Below, in pieces: positions 1 through 8,742 of a DNA stretch of 47,938 nt. Position numbers and translations under genes: made by a program. Source of the DNA: Eubacteriales bacterium (GTDB taxonomy: Bacteria; Bacillota; Clostridia; Oscillospirales; CAG-272). The notes beneath the pieces were generated by a model. The model saw only the letters and a program-made list of their open reading frames with translations, did no database searches and was not told where the DNA came from. The DNA lies in NCBI GenBank assembly GCA_045576095.1, contig JAZNFP010000054.1, positions 1-47,938 of the forward strand, read 5' to 3'. The number at the start of each line of letters is the position of its first letter. Position 1 is the stretch's first letter.

Positions 1-79
1 TCTTTAACGAGATTCCTTACACACCTTGTGTTTCCACTCTCTTACCAAGTTTCTACAAGTTATGCTCGAAAACTTCTGT

Positions 80-98
80 TGTTCAATTTTCAAGGAGC
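80..98 (-). promoter_or_regulatory. rRNA operon leader boxA/processing-stalk motif; the rRNA gene itself would lie beyond the left edge
   Basis: Minus strand reads GCTCCTTGAAAATTGAACA, typical of Firmicute rrn leaders, about 30 nt downstream of a strong promoter. Confidence 0.75.
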
Positions 99-126
99 GC
101 CCCACCGCCTCGCGGTGAGCCTGTCT

Positions 127-200
127 ATTCTACTACATCCCGTCCCCTTTTGTCAAGTCCTTTTTTGAAAGTTTTTTAGAATTTTTTGATTTTTTTCGTT
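127..200 (-). promoter_or_regulatory. Strong sigma-A promoter with an A-tract UP element (probable rrn promoter)
   Basis: Minus strand TTGACA (156-151), 18-nt spacer, TAGAAT (132-127), with A-tracts upstream. Confidence 0.75.
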
Positions 201-239
201 TTTCGGCAATACTAAACAAAAAAAGGCGGTTTTTCAGGC

Positions 240-899
240 ATGACTCTGCTCTTTTTTCGGACGCTGATTACACTTTTGATGCTCTTTGCGGTGCTTCGCT
301 TTCTCGGCAAGCGCCAGCTCGGGGAGCTTGAGACCTCGGAGCTTGTCTCAACGCTGTTGCTTTCGGAGCTGGCGGCACTCCCGATCGAAAACCCCGACAT
401 TCCTCTCCTTTACGCGCTCATCCCAATCCTTCTGATCTCGACGCTCGAGGTGGTTTTCTCACATCTCAAAAACAAATTCGACCCTTTGAAGTCGGTGTTT
501 GAGAGCAAGCCGCTTTATCTCATCGAGCACGGCGCGATCCGACAGAAAGCGCTTCTCAACGCACGGATCTCCCTTGACGAGCTCATCAGCGAATGCCGCC
601 AGCAGGGGGTTGGGGATCTTTCGGACATCGACTTTGCAATTCTTGAGCAAAACGGACAGCTGGCGATTCTCTTAAAGCCCGAAAAGCAACCGCTGACAGC
701 CGAAAAAACACCCGGGGAAACGATGCACAGCGTCGTCGTTGACGGCAAGACCGACCCGGACGGAATGCGCTTGCTCGGAATCGACGAAGCGCGCGTTCTG
801 TCTCTTTGCAAGAAAAACCACGTCAGGCTACGCGACGTCTTTCTTCTGACGCTCGGGGAGAGCGGAGCCTACCGTTTAATTAAGAGGGAGAAGACATGA
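240..899 (+). CDS. DUF421/YetF family membrane protein
   Basis: LGKRQLGEL motif, three N-terminal TM helices, C-terminal AILEQNGQLAI motif. Confidence 0.9.
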   Translation: MTLLFFRTLITLLMLFAVLRFLGKRQLGELETSELVSTLLLSELAALPIENPDIPLLYALIPILLISTLEVVFSHLKNKFDPLKSVFESKPLYLIEHGAIRQKALLNARISLDELISECRQQGVGDLSDIDFAILEQNGQLAILLKPEKQPLTAEKTPGETMHSVVVDGKTDPDGMRLLGIDEARVLSLCKKNHVRLRDVFLLTLGESGAYRLIKREKT

Positions 900-1234
900 A
901 GGGCTTTTGGATTGCACTCGTGTTGCTTTTGACGCTCACCGTCGGCGTTTTTTGGACGGCACATCGGGTGGACGATGCGCTCAAGGAGCTGACCGCGGCA
1001 CTCACAACGCGGAGCTTTGAGGAGAGTGAGAGTCTTTGGGAGAAGCACAAGCGGCTCCTGCGCCTGACGCTTCACCAAGGAGAAATGACGCAAATCGACG
1101 AAAGGCCCGCCGCACTGCTCAGTGCGGCGAGCCTTGGGGACGAAGCTACCCTTGAGATAGAGCGAGCACGGCTTCTTTCGGTGCTTTTGCGCGCAAGGGA
1201 CACCGTTTCGCCCTCCCTCTCGGACGTTTTCTGA
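896..1234 (+). CDS. DUF4363-like small membrane-anchored protein
   Basis: N-terminal TM helix, helical body (W..H..L...L.H.E...ID), ATGA-coupled to DUF421, the usual pairing. Confidence 0.7.
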   Translation: MKGFWIALVLLLTLTVGVFWTAHRVDDALKELTAALTTRSFEESESLWEKHKRLLRLTLHQGEMTQIDERPAALLSAASLGDEATLEIERARLLSVLLRARDTVSPSLSDVF

Positions 1235-1957
1235 TCAGACGAAGCGCTCGCGATTTGCGTCAAGCACGCGAAGCCGTCGGGTAAGCACGAAGTTGCGCAG
1301 CGGCGAGCCGGAAAGAAGCGGCAAATGCTCACAGAGCGCCGAAACGACGTACTCGGGGTTGAGGAACTCGCCCTGCGAGACCCCGAGCGTGAGCGCGATG
1401 CGGATCTGTCCCTCGTCGGTCAGCGACACCTCTGCATCCCCGGTTTGCGTACCGACAACCCTCTCCTTTTGCTTTCCGTGGGTCAGGTTCGTGCATTTCA
1501 GGGTCGGATCGGCAAGCAGCGCGCGGATCGACTCTGCCGTTTCGGCAAGCGGCAGCTCGGTGCGGAGCAGGACCTCGTACTCGGCGTAGGCAACGTCGGT
1601 CAGCTTATTTTTCGGCTCGTACGCCTCGTAAAAGCAGAGCTCACGCGGAACGGCACGGTTCAGCGCCTCAATCGCCCATGCGGGATCCACCTGCTCGGTC
1701 ATACGGATCTCGACGAGCTCGTCGAGGCTCTCCATACCGACCGACATCGGCGTTGCAAACACCATTTTGGGAACGGGATTAAAGCCCATCGTATACCAGA
1801 CGGGAAGCTTGGCGCGGCAGACTGCCTTGGTCATCGTTCGTACGAGATCAAGATGCGAGATATAGCGAAGGCGCCCCGTTTTTCGAAAGCGCAGACGAAG
1901 TCGGATCGGCGGCGTCTGCGGGGGATTTTTCTTTTCGGTCACTGATTCTTGCACCAT
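1235..1957 (-). CDS. TIGR03936 radical SAM-linked protein (DUF2344)
   Basis: FRKTGRLRYISHLDL and GFNPVPKMVFATPMSVGMES motifs; start chosen at MVQES (1957), overlapping the upstream gene. Confidence 0.9.
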   Translation of the reverse strand: MVQESVTEKKNPPQTPPIRLRLRFRKTGRLRYISHLDLVRTMTKAVCRAKLPVWYTMGFNPVPKMVFATPMSVGMESLDELVEIRMTEQVDPAWAIEALNRAVPRELCFYEAYEPKNKLTDVAYAEYEVLLRTELPLAETAESIRALLADPTLKCTNLTHGKQKERVVGTQTGDAEVSLTDEGQIRIALTLGVSQGEFLNPEYVVSALCEHLPLLSGSPLRNFVLTRRLRVLDANRERFV

Positions 1958-3795
1958 TTCGTCTTTCCTCCGAGGCGGTCTGCACCGCATCCGTTACAAT
2001 GCTCGGCACAGCTGGGTGTTGTTTTTTCAGCGTAGGCGCGCTCGCGCTCACGCGCAAGGTAGGACTTGCTAACGCCGCAGTCAATAATATCCCACGGCAA
2101 AACCTCGTCAAGCGAGCGCTTGCGGCAGGCATAGAAATCGGGATCAATTCCGATCCGATCGAAGATCTCGACCCATTTATCGTACGAGAAATGCTCGCTC
2201 CAGGCAGCATACGCCATTCCCTCTCGAGCCGCCAGAACGAGCGCGGGAGCAAGACGGCGGTCGCCGCGCGAAAGCACCGCCTCAATGCGCGAGACCTCGG
2301 CGTCGTGCCAACGGTAGACGATCTTTCGGTCGGTAATGCGAGAGCGCAGATACCTTTGCTTTTCCTGCATGAGGGCAAGCGAATCCTGCGCCTCCCACTG
2401 GAAGGCGGTAAAGGGCTTGGGAACGAATGCCGAAACGCTGACCGTCACCTTAACCGAGCGCCCGCGCTTTTCCTTGGGAAGACGGTAGAAGGCGCCGACA
2501 GCCTTGGAGGCGAGATCGGCGATTCCGTCAAGATCCTCGCTCGTTTCGCTCGGAAGCCCCTGCATGAAATAGAGCTTGACCGATTCCTTCTTAAAGGAGT
2601 AGGCAATCGAGACCGCGCGAAGCAGATCCTCCTCGGTCACGTTCTTGTTGATAACGTCGCGCATTCTCTGGGTTCCCGCCTCGGGAGCAAAGGTGATTCC
2701 GCCGCGGCGTACGCCCGAGATCTTTCGCATCAGCTCCTCGGTGAAGCTGTCGATGCGAAGCGAGGGGAGCGAGAGGCTGACGTTCTTCTCGTCGGTCCAC
2801 GACAGCAGACCGTCGGTCAGCTCATCAATTCCGGAATAGTCGCTGGTGCTGAGCGAGATGAGCGAAATCTCGTCGTACCCCGTGTTCTCGTACAGACACT
2901 TCGCTTGACGGCAGAGCACCTCGGGAGATTTCTCGCGGATCGGACGGTAAACCATCCCCGCCTGACAGAAGCGGCAGCCGCGGATGCACCCACGGTACAG
3001 CTCGAGCACGATGCGGTCGTGCACCGTCTCGGAGTAGGGCAAAACGGGAGACATCGGGTAAGGCGCCGAATCGAGATCCTCGATAATGCGCTTGGTAATG
3101 CGTCGCGGAATATCGTCGTACTTCGGGCAAAACGCCTCGATCGTTCCGTCCTCGCAGTAGGTCACGTCATAAAGCGACGGCACGTAAAAGCCCCCCAGCT
3201 TTGCCGCCTCATGCAGAAACGCCGCCTTACTGTAGCTTCCCTTTTCCTTCATTTCCTTATAAAGGAGGGAAAGCTCCACGAGCGCGCTCTCGCCCTCGCC
3301 GATCGAAAAGAGATCGTAAAAGGCGGCAACGGGCTCGGGATTATAGGTGCAGGGACCGCCCGCAACGAGAATCGGCATATCCTCGCCGCGCTCACTCGCA
3401 TAAAGCGGGATGCCCGCGAGGTCAAGCACCGAAAGCGCGGTCGGGTAGGAAAGCTCGTACTGCAGAGTGGTTCCGATGATGTCAAAGTCGGTAAGCGGAT
3501 CGCCGCTTTCAAGCGCCGTCATCGGAATCCCGTGCATCAGCATCTGCTCCCTCATGTCGGGCGCGGGAGCGAAAACGCGCTCGCACCAAATCTCGGGGCG
3601 GCGGTTCAGCGATTCGTAGAGAATCCGCATCCCGAGATTCGACATTCCTATGCTGTAGATTTCCGGAAAAACAAAGGCGAAGCGGACGCTGACGTCCGCT
3701 TTATCCTTCTGTACCTCGTAAAGTTCACCGCCGACGTACTCCCCGGGATTTTTGACCTGACGGAGAACACCGTGGTAAGCATTGATTTTTTTCAT
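1939..3795 (-). CDS. TIGR03960 family B12-binding radical SAM protein
   Basis: N-terminal PGEYVGGE and GMSNLG, CxxxCxxC (GCIRGCRFC), FVPKPFTAFQW, C-terminal CxxCG. Confidence 0.92.
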   Translation of the reverse strand: MKKINAYHGVLRQVKNPGEYVGGELYEVQKDKADVSVRFAFVFPEIYSIGMSNLGMRILYESLNRRPEIWCERVFAPAPDMREQMLMHGIPMTALESGDPLTDFDIIGTTLQYELSYPTALSVLDLAGIPLYASERGEDMPILVAGGPCTYNPEPVAAFYDLFSIGEGESALVELSLLYKEMKEKGSYSKAAFLHEAAKLGGFYVPSLYDVTYCEDGTIEAFCPKYDDIPRRITKRIIEDLDSAPYPMSPVLPYSETVHDRIVLELYRGCIRGCRFCQAGMVYRPIREKSPEVLCRQAKCLYENTGYDEISLISLSTSDYSGIDELTDGLLSWTDEKNVSLSLPSLRIDSFTEELMRKISGVRRGGITFAPEAGTQRMRDVINKNVTEEDLLRAVSIAYSFKKESVKLYFMQGLPSETSEDLDGIADLASKAVGAFYRLPKEKRGRSVKVTVSVSAFVPKPFTAFQWEAQDSLALMQEKQRYLRSRITDRKIVYRWHDAEVSRIEAVLSRGDRRLAPALVLAAREGMAYAAWSEHFSYDKWVEIFDRIGIDPDFYACRKRSLDEVLPWDIIDCGVSKSYLARERERAYAEKTTPSCAEHCNGCGADRLGGKTKWCKNQ

Positions 3796-6101
3796 AGCTC
3801 GGGTCCTTTCGGTTCGGTATCGGAATCATCGGGGGCGTCGGCAAGCAAGCCTCGGCAGAAGGCACGGGAGCCTCCGACGGCGACAAAAATCGCCGCAAGG
3901 TGATAAAGCGCTACAAAGGAGATCGGCACAAGCGGCGCTCCGAAGCAGAACACCGAAACGCCAAGCAAAAGACCGCCGAGCAGCAACTGTAGCAGAACGA
4001 GCAGCTCGCCGCGACGCCGCGCGGAAAAGTAACGGCGGAAGGCCAGCCATGCGCCGACGAGAGAACGGGGACGGTCGGTGGTAAAGAAGCAGGATTCGGC
4101 GCGCGTCCGTTTCTCCGAAAGCAGCTCGGTCACCCCAACGCGGCACAGCGAAAGAACGCCCCTCGGAAGGCTCGAAAGCCGCAGCAAATACTCCTCGGAA
4201 AGGCAGGGATCTGCCGTCCGAAGCTCGATCGAGGTTCCGAGCCGCGACAGCTGGTCGGCAAGATTCTCAAAGCCGCTTGACAGCGTATACTCCACGAACA
4301 TACGCGCAACGACTCTGCCGTCCACGGCACAGTAAAGAACCGTCAGCCGTTCACCGAGGAACAGCGATTCCTCATCGGCATCGCTCGGGAAAACGATACT
4401 GTTTTGGCTCATAAAGGCGCGCGTACCGACGGCGACTGTTCGCGTGCCGTCGCTTGCAACGGCGCCGCGGTCTCCAACCTCGACAAGCGAAAGCGGATAG
4501 GGCCCGCCCGCCTCCTCACACATTCCGTTCAGAACCTCGGCAAGCGCACCGCCGATCGGGCGATAGACGCCCGCGACGAGCCGAACTGCCTCGTCAAGGC
4601 GAAAGTCTCCGAACACGTTGATGATTTTGATCTTCAGCTCCTTCGCGTCAAACGCCTCGGAATCCTCGATCGAAAAGACAGCGTGGGAGGCTGCCGAATA
4701 CGCCGTGCTCTCACCGATCAGAGCGGTCTTGCGAACAAGCAGCCACTCCTGCATCGCGGAGAGATAGATCCGTCTTGCAAGAAGCGCTCCGCACGGAAGC
4801 GAAAGCAGCGCGGCAGCAAGAGCGGCTCCAAAGGGATTCAACGTGCCGTCCACAACGACTGCCGCAATCAGTCCGAGCGTTCCGACGGCAAGGACGCCGA
4901 GGAGCACAAGGAAACGGTAATGAGCATTCTCGTTGTGATCGCCGATATGCTCGTCAAAGCCGTCTGCATGCTCAAGACGGGTGACGCAAAGGCGCCCTCC
5001 CCCATCGGTTGACAGAGCCGCCGAAATTCCATTCGACTCGCAAAGGAGCGCAAGAATCCCCGCCTCCACGCGGCTTTCGGACATCTCCACCCATACGGTG
5101 GCAGAGAGTGAAACCGCCAAGACGAGTCCGCAAAGCAACGGCTGACGAATCCCAAGCGCATAAAGCGCGACGTCGTACGCGACGTAAAGCAGAAGAAGGA
5201 GCGCAACGATACCCTCGGCGCGGAGCCGCCCCGTCAAAACCGATCTAAAGCCCAGGGTAACGCATCTGTAGGCGCACAGAGCGATCAAAAGCACGAGCTG
5301 CAGATCGAGCAGAGCCTCGGCGCCGGCGATACGGAAAATGCCGAGCGGCCGCGTTACGTAGAGCCCAAAGGTCGGAAAGATCTCAACGACGGCAAGAAGA
5401 AGCGAAAGAAAGGCGGCAAGACAGAAGCGGAGTCTTGCGCCTCCGATCCGATGCTCCGCCTGCTGACGGCGCGAAAGGAGCTCTTCCTTTGTCAGCTCGC
5501 GCACGGGGCGAGCACCTCTGCTCCTTTTCTTCGGCTTCTTGGCGCTCGCTCCGCTCTCTTCGGGAGCAACGGTCCGCGTTTCCGCTCCGCCCTCACCTTG
5601 ATCGGTCGCCAAGGGAAGCTCGGATGCGGCATAGAAGGCAGCGGTCGTTAAGGTTGCCCCCTGCTCCGATTCTGGCACGCGGAAAATGCCGAGCGACTCG
5701 TCAGAATCCGATTCGTCGAGGATCGCTTCGGCTTCGGGAGATGCCGCGATCGGATCAAAGAGCGAGCCCGAATCCTCAAGAGGCTCGAAGCTGACCGAGG
5801 GGGGCTCGGTCGGCTCAGGCTCGGAAGCCTCTTCCACGGGCTCCTCAGCCGGCTCGGGCTCGGAAACCTCTGCCGCGGGCTCCTCGGTCGGCTCGGGCTC
5901 GGCCGCAGCCTTGTCCGAGAAGAAAATGGGATCGGTCGGAAAAAGCGTCTCCTCGGAGATCGCCCCTCCCTCGCAGGGTGCCTGCTCGGCAGGATCGTCA
6001 AAAAGCGACGAGGCAAAGCCGGGATCCGGCAAAAGCTCTTCGGTCGCAGAAGATAACGCTTGCTCGTCCTCCCTTTCGGGGGCATAGCGAGAATCGGTCA
6101 T
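3792..6101 (-). CDS. Degenerate P1B-type ATPase-like membrane protein with an acidic Pro/Glu-rich N-terminus
   Basis: TM pattern and N-domain remnants (TVAVGTRAFM, VLYCAVDGRVVA, LGTSIELRTAD) follow heavy-metal ATPases, but DKTGT, TGES, HP and GDGxND are absent. Confidence 0.7.
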   Translation of the reverse strand: MTDSRYAPEREDEQALSSATEELLPDPGFASSLFDDPAEQAPCEGGAISEETLFPTDPIFFSDKAAAEPEPTEEPAAEVSEPEPAEEPVEEASEPEPTEPPSVSFEPLEDSGSLFDPIAASPEAEAILDESDSDESLGIFRVPESEQGATLTTAAFYAASELPLATDQGEGGAETRTVAPEESGASAKKPKKRSRGARPVRELTKEELLSRRQQAEHRIGGARLRFCLAAFLSLLLAVVEIFPTFGLYVTRPLGIFRIAGAEALLDLQLVLLIALCAYRCVTLGFRSVLTGRLRAEGIVALLLLLYVAYDVALYALGIRQPLLCGLVLAVSLSATVWVEMSESRVEAGILALLCESNGISAALSTDGGGRLCVTRLEHADGFDEHIGDHNENAHYRFLVLLGVLAVGTLGLIAAVVVDGTLNPFGAALAAALLSLPCGALLARRIYLSAMQEWLLVRKTALIGESTAYSAASHAVFSIEDSEAFDAKELKIKIINVFGDFRLDEAVRLVAGVYRPIGGALAEVLNGMCEEAGGPYPLSLVEVGDRGAVASDGTRTVAVGTRAFMSQNSIVFPSDADEESLFLGERLTVLYCAVDGRVVARMFVEYTLSSGFENLADQLSRLGTSIELRTADPCLSEEYLLRLSSLPRGVLSLCRVGVTELLSEKRTRAESCFFTTDRPRSLVGAWLAFRRYFSARRRGELLVLLQLLLGGLLLGVSVFCFGAPLVPISFVALYHLAAIFVAVGGSRAFCRGLLADAPDDSDTEPKGPEL
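5803..5903 (-). repeat. Imperfect 39-bp tandem repeat (about 2.5 copies) encoding EPEPTEEPAAEVS-like units
   Basis: Protein reads EPEPTEEPAAEVS-EPEPAEEPVEEAS-EPEPTEPP; DNA repeats ggctcgggctcgga. Confidence 0.7.
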
Positions 6102-6131
6102 GCTCGGTCTCTCCTTTCCTATCGCTTCCCG

Positions 6132-6908
6132 TCATCGGGTGTGTCTCTGGCGCGCCGCCTCGGACAGGATCACCGCTGCGGCGCTGGTTACGTTCATGGA
6201 ATTCACCCGTCCGTAGAGCGGGATGGAAACGACGAAGTCGCATTTTTCCTTTACAAGGCGGGAAACCCCCTCACCCTCACTGCCGAGAACGAGAGCAACT
6301 GCTCCCGAAAGGTCGGTATCGTAATACGCCTTACCGTCCATATCGGCGGCGTAAATCCAAAAGCCACGCTCCTTGAGATCCTCAATCGCCACGGCGAGAT
6401 TCGTCACGCGCGCAACCGGAAGATGCGAGATGGCACCCGCCGAGGTCTTGGCAACGAGCGCCGTCAGTCCTACCGCACGCCGCTTCGGAACGATCACTCC
6501 GTGCGCTCCCGCACATTCGGCAACCCGAAGCAGAGCACCGAGATTTCGAGGATCCTCGATCCCGTCGGCAAGCACGAGAAGCGGCTTTTCGCCCCGCTCC
6601 TCGGCAAGCGAGAGCATATCGTCAATCGTTGCGTAATCCACCTCGGCGGCAACCGCAACGATACCCTGGTGCGCGCCGCCCGCCGCCATCAGATCCAGCT
6701 TACGACGGTCGCATTCTACGATCGGAATCCGACGCTCCCGCGCCTCGCCGATTAGGCGGAGAATCGAGCCCTCGCGCTCTCCCCCCGTCACGTAAATCTT
6801 ATCAATGTCGCGTCCCGAGGCGAGAAGCTCACGCACGGCGTTTCTGCCGAAAATACGGCTTTCCGAAGCCTCATCGGGGGTGCGAGGGAACTCTCGTTTC
6901 TGTTTCAT
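6132..6908 (-). CDS. rlmB: 23S rRNA (Gm2251) 2'-O-methyltransferase RlmB, SpoU family
   Basis: IFGRNAVRE, HQGIVA, DPRNLGALLR, GSEGEGV, SMNV motifs; start moved to 6908 because a TGnTATAAT -10 overlaps the ATG at 6944. Confidence 0.92.
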   Translation of the reverse strand: MKQKREFPRTPDEASESRIFGRNAVRELLASGRDIDKIYVTGGEREGSILRLIGEARERRIPIVECDRRKLDLMAAGGAHQGIVAVAAEVDYATIDDMLSLAEERGEKPLLVLADGIEDPRNLGALLRVAECAGAHGVIVPKRRAVGLTALVAKTSAGAISHLPVARVTNLAVAIEDLKERGFWIYAADMDGKAYYDTDLSGAVALVLGSEGEGVSRLVKEKCDFVVSIPLYGRVNSMNVTSAAAVILSEAARQRHTR

Positions 6909-6990
6909 TGCCAAGCCCACCGTTTCTTTACTCTTTTTTGACATTATACCATAAATTTCGGAGTTTGTATATAGATGCGATCGAAAAAAA

Positions 6991-7027
6991 GTGAAAAAGC
7001 AGATGCCGTCGGCATCTGCTTTTTCAC
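6991..7027. terminator. Intrinsic terminator after the zinc-ribbon gene
   Basis: GTGAAAAAGCAGATGCC-gtc-GGCATCTGCTTTTTCAC perfect inverted repeat. Confidence 0.85.
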
Positions 7028-7040
7028 GCTTGGACGGAGA

Positions 7041-7319
7041 TTAGTTGCCGTTACGGCGAGCTGCATAGCACTCGCTGCAGTATACCGGCTTACCATCGGT
7101 CGGATTGAAGGGAACCTTGCACTCCTTACCGCAATCAGCGCAAACGGCGTCAAACATCTCTCTGCCACCGCGGGCAGCGTTCTTTCTGACGTCGCGGCAG
7201 GCCTTGCATCTCTGGGGCTCGTTCTGGAAGCCCTTCTCTGCATAGAACTCCTGCTCACCTGCGGTGAATACGAAGTCGTTGCCGCATTCCTTGCACTTCA
7301 AAGTCTTGTCCTGGTACAT
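7041..7319 (-). CDS. Zinc-ribbon (PF13451-like) plus CxxC-x17-CxxC domain protein
   Basis: CKECGNDFVFTAGEQEFY...PQRCKACR and CADCG...VPF.P...KPVYCSEC; strong RBS. Confidence 0.92.
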   Translation of the reverse strand: MYQDKTLKCKECGNDFVFTAGEQEFYAEKGFQNEPQRCKACRDVRKNAARGGREMFDAVCADCGKECKVPFNPTDGKPVYCSECYAARRNGN

Positions 7320-7423
7320 GTTGTTTCTTTCCTCGCTTTAAATAGGTTTTTTGCCCTTAGACGGATTCCAACCGACGCCTTTGATAACCAACGCTCTCCC
7401 TTAAGCTACCTGGGCATATAGAA

Positions 7424-7999
7424 CTACCGATCGGGAATTTGCCAATCGCCCCTCCGAAGCTTCACAAAGGAACGGTCGAGCGCATTTCGCACCGACTTGC
7501 CCGCTACGCCAAGCTCCGAGGCGATCTCGGCCACCGAAAGGCCGCTCGCATAGAGCCTGAATACTCGGTTTTCGTACGGTGAAAGGATGCGCGCGATCTC
7601 CTCGCACAGCATGCGGAAGGACTCGTCCGAAAGGAGAAAATCAAGTGCGTCCGCAGCATCGTCGGACGGCAACTCACGACGGAACCGCTCAAGGGAAAAC
7701 ACGCGTCTTTCCTTTTGCTCTCGCCGCAGTCGGCTGACAAGACGATTCCGAATGCAGATCTTTGCATAAAGCCCAAAGGTCACCCCCCCGTCGCGATAGT
7801 CAATCGCCGCACAGTAGAGGGCAAACCGAGCCTCCTGCATCAGCTCGTCGAATCCGATCGACGGCGAGTCGAACGCGGAAACGAGCGACTGCAGAAGCGG
7901 CGCATAACGGTCGAGAAGCACGGCAAACGCCTCCTCGTCTCCCCGTCGCACCGATGCAATCAGAGCCGCCGGATAATCGTCACTTGGCAGATGATTCAT
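7424..7999 (-). CDS. SigH-like sigma-70 family RNA polymerase sigma factor
   Basis: Region 2 (GDEEAFAVLLDRY, TFGLYAKICIRNR) and region 4 HTH (LSPYENRV...SVAEIASELG...KSVRNALDR). Confidence 0.8.
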   Translation of the reverse strand: MNHLPSDDYPAALIASVRRGDEEAFAVLLDRYAPLLQSLVSAFDSPSIGFDELMQEARFALYCAAIDYRDGGVTFGLYAKICIRNRLVSRLRREQKERRVFSLERFRRELPSDDAADALDFLLSDESFRMLCEEIARILSPYENRVFRLYASGLSVAEIASELGVAGKSVRNALDRSFVKLRRGDWQIPDR

Positions 8000-8026
8000 G
8001 GCACTCCCACCCGGATAGTTACTTTA

Positions 8027-8054
8027 ATTATATCATTTTTCCGTATATTGTCAA
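8027..8054 (-). promoter_or_regulatory. Sigma-A promoter of the SigH-like gene
   Basis: TTGACA-16-TATAAT with an extended TG on the minus strand. Confidence 0.7.
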
Positions 8055-8107
8055 GTATCTTTGTTAATTTTTTTTAAAATTTCGAAAAATTTTACAAGAG
8101 CTCCCGA

Positions 8108-8665
8108 TCAGCTGAGCAGATAATCCACCTCTCCCGTCAGCACCGAAAGAATCCCCCGATAGCTTTTCTCGGGCTTGCGCTCAAAATTCAGGCAGATCTG
8201 CTCCGCCTGACGCCGCGAGGGCACTGCGCAAAGCGTTTCAAGCATCACGCCGTCACGGTCGGTGATCGAAAGGCGAACGAGAAATTTCCCGTCCTCGCGC
8301 TCCTCGATATCGGTTGAAAGAGAAGCCCCCCGACGGTGCAGAGAGAGCAGGCGCGCCGCACAGAGCGAGCTTTCGCGGCGGATGGTATCCAGAATTTCGC
8401 TTTGCAGCTCTCCCGCAACCATACGGCCGACACCCGAAATCTGATACACCCGCTCGCCGCCGAGATCATCCTCAAGCACCTGCCCTGCCTCCAGAAGCTC
8501 GGAGAAGCATTCGGTGAAGTCGAAGGGACGAACGTATCCCGTCTCAACGATGATGCGGTCAATGGTTGCGAGATCGAGCGGATGGTTCAGGTTGTCAAGC
8601 AAAAAAAGGATAAAGATCTTGACGTCGGTTTTGTTCCAGAGCTCAAGCTCCTGCTTCTTTTTCAT
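8108..8665 (-). CDS. DUF4364 family protein
   Basis: N-terminal KIFILFLL winged-helix-like segment, C-terminal QAEQICLNFERKPEKSY; start at MKKKQ with an RBS. Confidence 0.75.
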   Translation of the reverse strand: MKKKQELELWNKTDVKIFILFLLDNLNHPLDLATIDRIIVETGYVRPFDFTECFSELLEAGQVLEDDLGGERVYQISGVGRMVAGELQSEILDTIRRESSLCAARLLSLHRRGASLSTDIEEREDGKFLVRLSITDRDGVMLETLCAVPSRRQAEQICLNFERKPEKSYRGILSVLTGEVDYLLS

Positions 8666-8742
8666 GCCTTTTTCTTCCTTTGCGTCAGAATTGCGATAAG
8701 ACGACGAAAACGGGCGATACCGCCCGTTTTCGTCCGGATATC

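Noticed and set aside
205-214. SigF/SigG -10 (GGCAATACTA) before DUF421
   Set aside because: No convincingly spaced -35 element, so too weak to call.
1999-3903. 634-aa plus-strand ORF
   Set aside because: Antisense shadow of the radical SAM gene, expected with GC-rich codon bias; no motifs or RBS.
8077-8091. CodY box upstream of the SigH-like gene
   Set aside because: Three mismatches to AATTTTCWGAAAATT in an AT-rich tract, so not distinguishable from an UP element.
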